From an uncultured Prevotellaceae bacterium (GTDB taxonomy: Bacteria; Bacteroidota; Bacteroidia; Bacteroidales; Bacteroidaceae): a DNA stretch of 64,000 nucleotides. How positions within the stretch are numbered: the stretch's first letter is position 1; every line of letters starts with the position of its first letter. Below the pieces are notes generated by a model. It did not search any database. It was not told where the DNA came from and saw only the letters and a list, made by a program, of their open reading frames with translations. The DNA lies in contig CAMZCM010000016.1 in assembly GCA_947305005.1 (NCBI GenBank), forward strand, positions 913 through 64,912, read 5' to 3'. Position numbers and translations under genes: made by a program. Below, piece by piece: positions 48,686 to 57,113 of this stretch.

Positions 48686-51361
48686 ATGGAAAAACGATTA
48701 CTTAACTTATTGTGGATTGTTAGCTTCTATGCTCTGTTTCCTGTAGTTTCATGGGCAGACAAAGATGTTACGAGCTATATATTGAATCCCAGTTTCGAGA
48801 CGAATGGAACCGAGAACTGGACTGTTACCAATCTGTCAAGCCAGACAAATAGTTCATTTGCACAAAAAAACGGAACGGTCTATTTAGAGAAATGGACAGG
48901 CAAAGGTAATAGCGTCGGATCAGCTTCCGTGAATCAGTTGCTAACTTATTTACCAGCTGGTAATTATCGTCTGACAGTTGCTGCGCAGAATATTCAGCAA
49001 GGAAGCAGTGACGCTCAGACTGGTGTCACGATCTATGCAGGTGATGTATCAACGACAGTAACAGCAGCCAATGATTATACGGTAGATTTTTCTACGGCTT
49101 CATCTGTCACTATTGGTTTTAAGGCAGAAAATGCCACAGGTAACTGGATTAGTGTGGATCATTTCCGCTTGACTTATCTCAGCCCGAATTTTGCACTTCT
49201 AGCAACAGCCGTCACCGATGCCAAAGCTACAATCACGACCTCGCAGAAATCTTCTAAAGCCGGTATTCAGCCGACGATTAAGACAGCACTTGAGACAGCT
49301 ATAGCTAATGCAGAAAGTGCTACAGATACAACTGATCCCGAGGAACTGACAAATATCTCTTTTGAGCTGGCCGAGACGCATCGTCAAGCCGCTGAGAATA
49401 TGGATCAATTGGTGGAACTTCGTACGTTGAATAATCAGGCACGTTACTATGCAAATGGCTCCCGTGATATCGCTGAGATTTATTTTGCGCCCGTTCAAAC
49501 TGCTTATAATGAAGCTCTTGCGGTTCTTAAATTTGAGAAAGAAGTGGAAATCCTTCCTCTGAAAGAACAATTACAGCTTGCATATAAAAATGCTGCCGCC
49601 AGTTTTGAAGCAAAGAAAAGCTTAAAGTCTGAGATAAACACAGCAACAAAACTTGTCAGTGATGATAAGGAAGGTGTTGAAACATTGACAGAAGCGATTA
49701 ACTCTGCAATTGCCGTTCGCGATCAAGCAGATGCGACACCCGAAGATATGAACGTCGCTCAAACGACACTTCAAGATGCAGTCCTGTATTTCCGTGTGCA
49801 GAATGCAACAGGTAGTGCATTAACCGTAAAAACGCAGAAAGTCATTCAAGGTGCTACTGAAATCTTTGGCCGTGCTTCGTTCTCTGGTGGCACAGCCAAG
49901 GAAAAAGGCTTCTGCTATAGCGAAGATCCCGAGCCAACTATCTTTGATAACCGCTCGACAGTCTGCTATAGCAACAACGGCGATATCTATGCCATGCAAG
50001 GGCTGAAGCCAGCAACCGTGTATTATGTTCGTGCTTATGCTATCACCAGTGGCTATCAATTATCTTATGGCGATGTTGTAAAGACGATTACTCGTCCTTT
50101 GGGAAATGTCACATACACCTATGATAATGCAGGTGATGACGCCACCAATCAACGTATCACCGCTGCCTGTGAAGAAGCTGTTTGGATGTGGAATAACATA
50201 GCTGGTATTCAGGGCTTTCAACTCAGTGCCCATTATGTGCCAGGTGCAGGTGCCGAGGGTAGAACAGCAGACTGCTCCTATGGTGGCTATATGCGTATTA
50301 GTCAAAATACGGCTTATCAGAAGACCGGAACCGTTCTTCATGAAGGCTCTCACGGCTTGGGTGTCATCAGTTATACAGAATGGGTGGATGCAACCTATCG
50401 CACCAATGGTGATCGTGGTGACTGGTTAGGCCCTCGTGTTGACCGTGTAATGCAATTCCTCGAAAACAGCTCTTCCGCAAAATTGCATGGTGATAACATC
50501 CACATGTGGCCATATGGTATCAACGGAGCCAATGAGGATACTGGTTCTCCTATCTTATATCGTGGTAACGCTTTGATTGTTGGCGCTTTGTCCGAGGACG
50601 CAATTGTAACGCCCAACCAGTCATTCAAGAGGCCAGCTTATTCTCTTGAATATACAGATGACGCCAGATATTATATTAAGAATGAGGATGCTGATCATGG
50701 CATAGGAACTTCATATCTTTGCCAGAAAGGTTCCAAAGTAAGTTTCCAAACGTTGACCGCAGATGAAGCCTTCGCCAATGATTCATGTGCCTGGTATATC
50801 CACTTTGATCCAGTTACTTGTTATTATTCCTTTGAGAATGTCTCAACGGGTAAATATTTAAGTCTGTCTGCTTCAACCCTCAATGTTTCAACATCAAAGA
50901 CGAATGGCACTTTCCAACTCATGGGTTCTCGCAACCAGACGTCGTTTGATAATTACACATTTGCAGCCCTCTCCTATTGGGTCATCAATTCCAGCAGCCT
51001 TAAGGCCGTACAAGCTACCACAACAGGTGCTTCAGGTGTAACGTTTAATCATCAGGACCAAGCGACAACTCAGCGTTGGTTGTTCTTAACAGAAGATGAA
51101 GTGAGTCGCTTTGCTGAACATCGTGGCGAGGTTGTTGGTATTCAAGAAAACATCGCCGAGGAGCCAGCAGAAAACTTGCAAGTTATTGGTGGACGTGGTG
51201 TCCTCATCATAACAGCTTTCAATGCAGGTCAGGAAGTCAGTATTCTTACTATTGACGGACGCCAGATACAACAAGTTTATGTTCAGAGTGGTGCAACTGC
51301 AGAGATTCGTCTGCCACGTGGCATCTATATGGTTGGTGGTCAGAAGGTTTTTGTCAGATAA
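48686..51361 (+). CDS. T9SS-secreted multidomain protein with HExxH metalloprotease motif and ricin-like lectin region
   Basis: Signal peptide and an N-terminal CBM-like beta domain. Helical repeat region, HEGSH at 50339-50353 and a QRW-containing beta-trefoil-like region. The C-terminal tail of about 75 aa is typical of a T9SS CTD (ILTIDGRQIQQVYVQSGATAEIRLPRGIYMVGGQKVFV). Confidence 0.78.
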   Translation: MEKRLLNLLWIVSFYALFPVVSWADKDVTSYILNPSFETNGTENWTVTNLSSQTNSSFAQKNGTVYLEKWTGKGNSVGSASVNQLLTYLPAGNYRLTVAAQNIQQGSSDAQTGVTIYAGDVSTTVTAANDYTVDFSTASSVTIGFKAENATGNWISVDHFRLTYLSPNFALLATAVTDAKATITTSQKSSKAGIQPTIKTALETAIANAESATDTTDPEELTNISFELAETHRQAAENMDQLVELRTLNNQARYYANGSRDIAEIYFAPVQTAYNEALAVLKFEKEVEILPLKEQLQLAYKNAAASFEAKKSLKSEINTATKLVSDDKEGVETLTEAINSAIAVRDQADATPEDMNVAQTTLQDAVLYFRVQNATGSALTVKTQKVIQGATEIFGRASFSGGTAKEKGFCYSEDPEPTIFDNRSTVCYSNNGDIYAMQGLKPATVYYVRAYAITSGYQLSYGDVVKTITRPLGNVTYTYDNAGDDATNQRITAACEEAVWMWNNIAGIQGFQLSAHYVPGAGAEGRTADCSYGGYMRISQNTAYQKTGTVLHEGSHGLGVISYTEWVDATYRTNGDRGDWLGPRVDRVMQFLENSSSAKLHGDNIHMWPYGINGANEDTGSPILYRGNALIVGALSEDAIVTPNQSFKRPAYSLEYTDDARYYIKNEDADHGIGTSYLCQKGSKVSFQTLTADEAFANDSCAWYIHFDPVTCYYSFENVSTGKYLSLSASTLNVSTSKTNGTFQLMGSRNQTSFDNYTFAALSYWVINSSSLKAVQATTTGASGVTFNHQDQATTQRWLFLTEDEVSRFAEHRGEVVGIQENIAEEPAENLQVIGGRGVLIITAFNAGQEVSILTIDGRQIQQVYVQSGATAEIRLPRGIYMVGGQKVFVR

Positions 51362-51373
51362 ATTCCTATAATT

Positions 51374-51985
51374 ATGTATATCATCGGTATTGCAGGCGGA
51401 ACGGGTTCTGGTAAGACGACCGTTGTTCGCAAAATTGTAGAAACGTTGCCTAAGACTAAGGTGGCTGTCATTCCACAGGATTCCTATTACAATGATAATA
51501 CGGGTATCTCCATGGAAGAGCGTCGGAAAATCAATTTTGATCATCCAAATGCATTTGACTGGAAGTTGCTCATTCATCAGATCAATGAGCTGCGCAATGG
51601 TCATCCTATCGAGCAGCCAACCTATTCTTACATTGAGAGTAATCGATTGCCTGAAACTATTCATATCGAGCCATGTGAGGTGATTATCATCGAGGGTATT
51701 ATGGCACTCTGTCGCAAGGAGTTGCGTGACCTAATGGATCTGAAAATATTTGTGGATGCAGATCCTGACGACAGGCTGATTCGTGTTATTTCTCGTGATA
51801 TCGCAGAGCGCGGACGTACCGCACAGATAGTAATGGATCGCTATACCGATGTCCTGAAGCCCATGCATCTGGAATTCATCGAACCTACGAAGCGCTATGC
51901 CGACCTCATTATTCCTCAAGGAGGCAACAATCAGAAAGCCATAGATATTATGCGTGCATATATTACCCAACGGCTGAAACCCTGA
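51374..51985 (+). CDS. udk: uridine kinase
   Basis: P-loop GIAGGTGSGKTT and a typical Udk sequence (IIIEGIMAL, RDIAERGR). Confidence 0.93.
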   Translation: MYIIGIAGGTGSGKTTVVRKIVETLPKTKVAVIPQDSYYNDNTGISMEERRKINFDHPNAFDWKLLIHQINELRNGHPIEQPTYSYIESNRLPETIHIEPCEVIIIEGIMALCRKELRDLMDLKIFVDADPDDRLIRVISRDIAERGRTAQIVMDRYTDVLKPMHLEFIEPTKRYADLIIPQGGNNQKAIDIMRAYITQRLKP

Positions 51986-51997
51986 GCAAACGGCCTC

Positions 51998-54895
51998 GTG
52001 ATCAAGAAACTACGTATTACCATAGCGTCATGGACTGACGACACAATATTGGCTACCGACGGCACCGTGGTAGCCAATCCTTTGCTCATACCTACCAATT
52101 ATCTCTCAGTCGGAGCCGAGCTCAATCTGTTGCTTGCTGAGCAACAGGCTGATGGTTCTCTCCTACCCCAGCATATTGTTTTGGATCCTGACTTCCTCGT
52201 CGATGTTACAACGATATGCCGCTGCTTCACGCATCATGGTGATGCGCCGGCTATGCATTTATTGCAAAAGTTCATGCCTTCATCAGCGACTCCTGCCATC
52301 TTATTAGGTAATGCGGCCAATCAGTTTCTTGATGACTGCGTGAATGCTCCTGCAGATATCGCCCCAGAGTCCTTGTATCGTGAGTCGTTACGCAAGACAT
52401 TCTGTAACGCTCCGTTGCAGTTTGCAACAACAGATGGCATTGATCAGCAATTCTCTAACCAGTGCCATGAACTCTTTTATCATATCTGGTCCGTTGTTCA
52501 TGAATCTATCCCCTTCTCAGCGACATTAGAATCGGCCTTTTTGTGTGAAGCGCTTGGAATACAAGGCCGTATGGATATGATGAGCACGGATCATCGTTCT
52601 ATTATCGAGCTCAAATCCGGCAAAGCTAATGAATATGGTCAAGAGTTGAGGTTTCGCTATGAACATGCCATGCAGATGGCGCTTTACAAAGAGTCGCTCT
52701 ACTACAATGAGGACCTGCCTTATGCACAAGTCTATACGCAGCTGTTCTATGCACGTTATCCGGAGCTAATAGAGATTCATCTGGGACGCAATGACATCCA
52801 TCGTGCCATGAGTGTCCGTAATAGCATCATTCATATAGAGCATCTATTGCAAAGTCGGCCCTCTGAACTCTTTCATGTTTTATCCGAACAACACTTTAAT
52901 GTCAATGGTTGTCGCGATCGTTTTTATGAATGCTATCTTCGTCCATCCATCCTTCAGTTCTTGCAGGGACTTCATGCTGGCGACTCGCTCACTCAGGCAT
53001 ATTTCCATACGATGCTGGCTTTCGTGGAGCGCGAACAGTTCCTTGCTAAGACAGGTGTCGAAGGCGTTAATCTACCTGCTGGCCATCATGGCTTCGCCGA
53101 TACTTGGCGTACAGATGTTCCGGCAAAACTTGATTCCGGACGGATTATACCAGATTTGCGGCTGACTCCTGTGATGACAGATGCAGGTGTGGTCGCTCTT
53201 GAGGCGATGGTATCGCGTATAGATGAATCGTCCAATTTCCGCGTGGGAGACATGGTGATGCTTTATGCACAGAATCCTCTTCATCTGCCATCGAGCTTTT
53301 ATATTTCCTGTGTGATTGAAGAACTGTCTGCTTCATCCATATTCTTGCGCCTGCGCTATCCGCAACATGATACGTCGCTCTTCAATAACCCAGATACCCT
53401 TTTTGCTATTGAGCCTGCTCATGTCGATTCGGGCTATACTGTTCTCTATCGTGGACTATATGCTTTCTTATCAACAGACAGAAAGCGGCAGCAACTCCTT
53501 TTGGGGCTTCGTCCGCCATTGACAGATCCTTCGATCTCGCTGACCGCTCCTGTAGAAGACCCAACTATTCGGGATATCATTTTACGAGCCAAGCAGGCGC
53601 GTGATTATTACTTGCTTGTAGGCCCTCCTGGAACTGGAAAGACCTCTATCGCATTACGTCAGATGGTCGTTGAATATCTAGCTGACCGAGAATCACACCC
53701 AGGTAACTCATCTGGCAGCGCTGATGCCTTATTGCTGATGGCTTTCACCAATCGTGCTGTTGATGAGATTTGTACGATGCTTACGGAACTTCAAGCTCCT
53801 TATCTGCGTTTAGGGCCTGAACTTTCATGTGCGCCAGACTACAGGAACTCTTTGTTATCAGCTCATGCCCAAGCTGATCCGTCAAGAGATGCTATTCGTC
53901 GTTTATTGATTTCAACCCCGATCATTGTTGGAACCCTCTCCTCTATTTCTTCTTCGCCTGAGTTGTTCCGTCTGAAACACTTCCGCGCGTCCATCATCGA
54001 CGAAGCGTCACAAGCATTGGAACCACATTCGTTACCACTGTTGTGTGCAACAGACGAACATGGTCACCTCGCCATTGATAAGTTTATCCTCATTGGTGAT
54101 CATAAACAACTGCCTGCTGTCGTTGCTCAGTCTTCTAATGATTCGGCTGTGGCCGATGAGTCACTGCGTGCTATCGGACTGACCGATTGCCGTCGTTCTT
54201 TGTTTGAACGTCTTCATGGCCTTGCTCTCCAGCAAGGTGTACCTGCTGTGATTGGCACGCTGAAACGTCAAGGTCGTATGCACGAGGACATCGCAGCTTT
54301 CGTTAATCATCACTTTTATGATGGTCTTCTTGAACAGGTGCCGCTACCCCATCAGGCAGGTCCTCTCTCCCACTCTATTCTTTCTACCCAACGTATGTGC
54401 AGTATGAATATTCCGATATGCTCCGAACAATGTACAGCGAAGAGCAATTATCCTGAAGCACAAGCCATCGCGCGTCTCGTTTCCTCTTTGGCTACAGAAT
54501 TTCAGACTTTGAATGAACCTATGAATTGGTTGCACCGTCTGGGTATAATCGTTCCCTTCCGTGGACAAATCACATTGATTCGCAGAGCACTTGAGGCATT
54601 GCATATTCCTGATTATGAACAAATCACTATCGATACTGTAGAACGTTATCAGGGTTCTCAACGTGATTATATTCTTTTCTCTACAACAGTCACTACGCCT
54701 CGTCAATTGGCCATCTTGTCTCAACCCGTTAGCGTAGAAGGCAACATGCTTGATCGCAAATTGAATGTGGCACTCACACGTGCCCGCTTGCAGTTTATTC
54801 TGATTGGAAACTATGAACTGCTGCGCACTTGTGAACCTTATCGGCAATTACTGGATGAGATGACAGATATTACTGCAGAGTTTGAGAGTCTTTGA
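51998..54895 (+). CDS. PD-(D/E)XK nuclease + SF1 (Dna2/Nam7-like) helicase fusion
   Basis: GTG start. The N-terminal half has GRMDMMS...IIELKSGK (a D...ExK nuclease motif). The C-terminal half has GPPGTGKT, IIDEASQ, LIGDHKQLPAVV, RYQGSQRDYILFS and LNVALTRAR. Confidence 0.85.
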   Translation: MIKKLRITIASWTDDTILATDGTVVANPLLIPTNYLSVGAELNLLLAEQQADGSLLPQHIVLDPDFLVDVTTICRCFTHHGDAPAMHLLQKFMPSSATPAILLGNAANQFLDDCVNAPADIAPESLYRESLRKTFCNAPLQFATTDGIDQQFSNQCHELFYHIWSVVHESIPFSATLESAFLCEALGIQGRMDMMSTDHRSIIELKSGKANEYGQELRFRYEHAMQMALYKESLYYNEDLPYAQVYTQLFYARYPELIEIHLGRNDIHRAMSVRNSIIHIEHLLQSRPSELFHVLSEQHFNVNGCRDRFYECYLRPSILQFLQGLHAGDSLTQAYFHTMLAFVEREQFLAKTGVEGVNLPAGHHGFADTWRTDVPAKLDSGRIIPDLRLTPVMTDAGVVALEAMVSRIDESSNFRVGDMVMLYAQNPLHLPSSFYISCVIEELSASSIFLRLRYPQHDTSLFNNPDTLFAIEPAHVDSGYTVLYRGLYAFLSTDRKRQQLLLGLRPPLTDPSISLTAPVEDPTIRDIILRAKQARDYYLLVGPPGTGKTSIALRQMVVEYLADRESHPGNSSGSADALLLMAFTNRAVDEICTMLTELQAPYLRLGPELSCAPDYRNSLLSAHAQADPSRDAIRRLLISTPIIVGTLSSISSSPELFRLKHFRASIIDEASQALEPHSLPLLCATDEHGHLAIDKFILIGDHKQLPAVVAQSSNDSAVADESLRAIGLTDCRRSLFERLHGLALQQGVPAVIGTLKRQGRMHEDIAAFVNHHFYDGLLEQVPLPHQAGPLSHSILSTQRMCSMNIPICSEQCTAKSNYPEAQAIARLVSSLATEFQTLNEPMNWLHRLGIIVPFRGQITLIRRALEALHIPDYEQITIDTVERYQGSQRDYILFSTTVTTPRQLAILSQPVSVEGNMLDRKLNVALTRARLQFILIGNYELLRTCEPYRQLLDEMTDITAEFESL

Positions 54896-55052
54896 GATCA
54901 AGCGTTCCCCCGACCCACTCTACAAAAGGTTCTTCATCTTGTAATGGATGAAAACTTTGGTAACGTCCTTTCTCGTCAAAACAAACAACGACAAGATGAT
55001 GTGTCGTACCATCGGGTAAGATGAGCGTGTGGTATGCCTTCTGCATCATCAA
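54870..55052 (-). CDS. 60-aa hypothetical protein, ATGA-coupled to the upstream DUF4296 gene
   Basis: The start codon overlaps the stop of 55049-56059 (ATGA). The 3' end overlaps the convergent helicase gene by 26 nt. No motif was recognised. Confidence 0.4.
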   Translation of the reverse strand: MMMQKAYHTLILPDGTTHHLVVVCFDEKGRYQSFHPLQDEEPFVEWVGGTLDLKDSQTLQ

Positions 55053-56059
55053 CGTCTTTTGTTTCTTTTACGTTTCTGAAGCTGATATGGCTTCTCCTTG
55101 ACGATATTGATCTTTTTGTCAACAGATTGCTGATTCCTGAATTCTTCGGGTGAAAGTCGATAACCATCAGCCGTCTTTTGATGCTTAACGAAACCGCGTT
55201 GCAACGTATCTGTTACCACCGAGTCGGCTCTTACAGAATCCGTTGTCAAAGAGTCAGTATTAAGTTCAACGTTCAACTTGCGATCACGCCATTCCTGAGA
55301 TTTGTGGAAACGGATCAAGGATAGCTTGTTCAGGATAAATGTCCGCATCCTTTGTGGGTCATTATCTATGGGAAGATAGAAGAAACCACTTATCAGGCGG
55401 GGTGTCCATGCTTGATCGTTTTCTATACGTATCTCAGAGAAACTCTTATCTGTACAGGTCATCGTCCTTGAGAGTACAGAATCGTTTGTATAGGTGACGA
55501 CAAGCGTTGCAAAGATTGAGTTACCACCACTTTGCTTAATAAAGGCCGTCGGAAGGAATCGCCAAAGAATATCGTCACCCGGCAACCAGGTAGAGTCACA
55601 CTCTTGTTGCCATGTTTGAAGGTTCTCAAAGAATCCATTCTTCACAGCATATACCTGACGTCCGACCCATACGTTTGCCGTATCTCCATCGGCGCTCAAT
55701 CCTGCATAGATGTCAGAAGGTAATATGGCGGTACCTAATGCTTCGGCTTCACGCTCCATACGTTGCGCCAGCCTCCCGTAAATAATACTGAGTTTTTCCA
55801 GGTCGCTGCAGTAATAGACCATTGACGAGTCAAAATCAGCTTCCGTGATTCCATGTTTGCGAAATACCGCTTGCTGCAATTCATAGCGTCGTTCCTCTAC
55901 AGATAAGCCTCCATTAGACGTTTCTGCCATGCTCTGTGCAAGATGGTAATCATACAACACAGACTCCATATCCGATTCAGAAAGGACATGCGATGGTAAC
56001 TTGGGTTTACATGAAACCACAAGAACCAATAATAATAGGATATGGATTCTTTTATGCAC
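55049..56059 (-). CDS. lipoprotein, DUF4296-like
   Basis: Lipobox LLLLVLVVSC and N-terminal SESDMESVLYDYHLAQ resembling DUF4296. A position directly after lspA is common in Bacteroidota. Confidence 0.68.
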   Translation of the reverse strand: MHKRIHILLLLVLVVSCKPKLPSHVLSESDMESVLYDYHLAQSMAETSNGGLSVEERRYELQQAVFRKHGITEADFDSSMVYYCSDLEKLSIIYGRLAQRMEREAEALGTAILPSDIYAGLSADGDTANVWVGRQVYAVKNGFFENLQTWQQECDSTWLPGDDILWRFLPTAFIKQSGGNSIFATLVVTYTNDSVLSRTMTCTDKSFSEIRIENDQAWTPRLISGFFYLPIDNDPQRMRTFILNKLSLIRFHKSQEWRDRKLNVELNTDSLTTDSVRADSVVTDTLQRGFVKHQKTADGYRLSPEEFRNQQSVDKKINIVKEKPYQLQKRKRNKRR

Positions 56060-56083
56060 GATTCAACTCTAATCTCTCTACAA

Positions 56084-56734
56084 TCAACTCTCAGTTTTCA
56101 CTTCCTTATTGCCTAATTCCACAGCCAATGTCTTGTGGAAGAAAAGTAGCAGCGCGATGACTGAACAAGAGATGCAGGCATCAGCCACATTGAAGATATA
56201 GGAAAAAAACAGATAGTGCTGTCCACCGACAAAAGGTACCCATGAGGGCCAATCCCATTCAAAGAGAGGAAATGAGAACATATCCACTACCCTTCCGTAG
56301 AACCATGTACTGTAGCCCTCACCAAAAGGAACCAGTTGAGCCACATGGGGATATGGTGGATTGTTGAATATAAGTCCGTAGAACAGACAATCTATAATGT
56401 TGCCCGCAGCACCTGTCATGATGAAAGCCATGCAAATAAGATAGCCCCATGAGACGCCTCTGCGGATCAGCCAATAAATATAATAACCGACTCCCAATAC
56501 AGCCAATATACGGAAACCCGTCAGGAAGAACTTATCGAAGAACTCCATTCCGAAGGCCATACCGTTGTTCTCAATGAACGTGATATAGAACCAATCCGTA
56601 ATACGTATGCTCTCATGCAGCGCCATATGTGTCTTCACCCACACCTTCACCCATTGGTCAATGCAGATGAATCCCACAAAGATCAGCGCCACAGTCAGGG
56701 CTTGCAGCTTCTTAGTGCGGGCGCTTCCGATCAT
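56084..56734 (-). CDS. lspA: lipoprotein signal peptidase II
   Basis: Four TM helices, with NNGMAFG and IFNVAD motifs carrying the catalytic Asp residues. Confidence 0.9.
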   Translation of the reverse strand: MIGSARTKKLQALTVALIFVGFICIDQWVKVWVKTHMALHESIRITDWFYITFIENNGMAFGMEFFDKFFLTGFRILAVLGVGYYIYWLIRRGVSWGYLICMAFIMTGAAGNIIDCLFYGLIFNNPPYPHVAQLVPFGEGYSTWFYGRVVDMFSFPLFEWDWPSWVPFVGGQHYLFFSYIFNVADACISCSVIALLLFFHKTLAVELGNKEVKTES

Positions 56735-57098
56735 TCTTTACTTCAATGCTGAGGGTAGCATGAGGTACGGCACGCAGACGTTCTTTGGGAATGAGTTTAC
56801 CCGTCTCACGGCAGATGCCATACGTTTTATTTTCGATACGAATCAGGGCCGCTTTCAAACCTTGGATGAATTTCTGCTGACGCATAGCCATCGCCATGAG
56901 TTGTTCCTTGGTTTGTGTCTCACTACCCTCCTCCAGTGCGTGATAGGTAGGTGCCGTGTCATCAGCTTCGTTACTGTCACGGTTCATAATGCGATCCATG
57001 GTCTTCTCATAGTCAGCTTCGGCAACAGCCAACTTTTCGTTGATGAGTGTGCGGAACTCTTCCAATTCCTCATCCGTGTAGCGAGTCTTTTCAGCCAT
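56712..57098 (-). CDS. TraR/DksA-family protein lacking the C4 zinc finger
   Basis: Coiled-coil N-terminus and a DksA-like C-terminus YGICRETGKLIPKERLRAVPHATLS. Only the first of the four canonical Cys residues is present. Confidence 0.8.
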   Translation of the reverse strand: MAEKTRYTDEELEEFRTLINEKLAVAEADYEKTMDRIMNRDSNEADDTAPTYHALEEGSETQTKEQLMAMAMRQQKFIQGLKAALIRIENKTYGICRETGKLIPKERLRAVPHATLSIEVKNDRKRPH

Positions 57099-57113
57099 AA
57101 ATATAAGGTGTTA

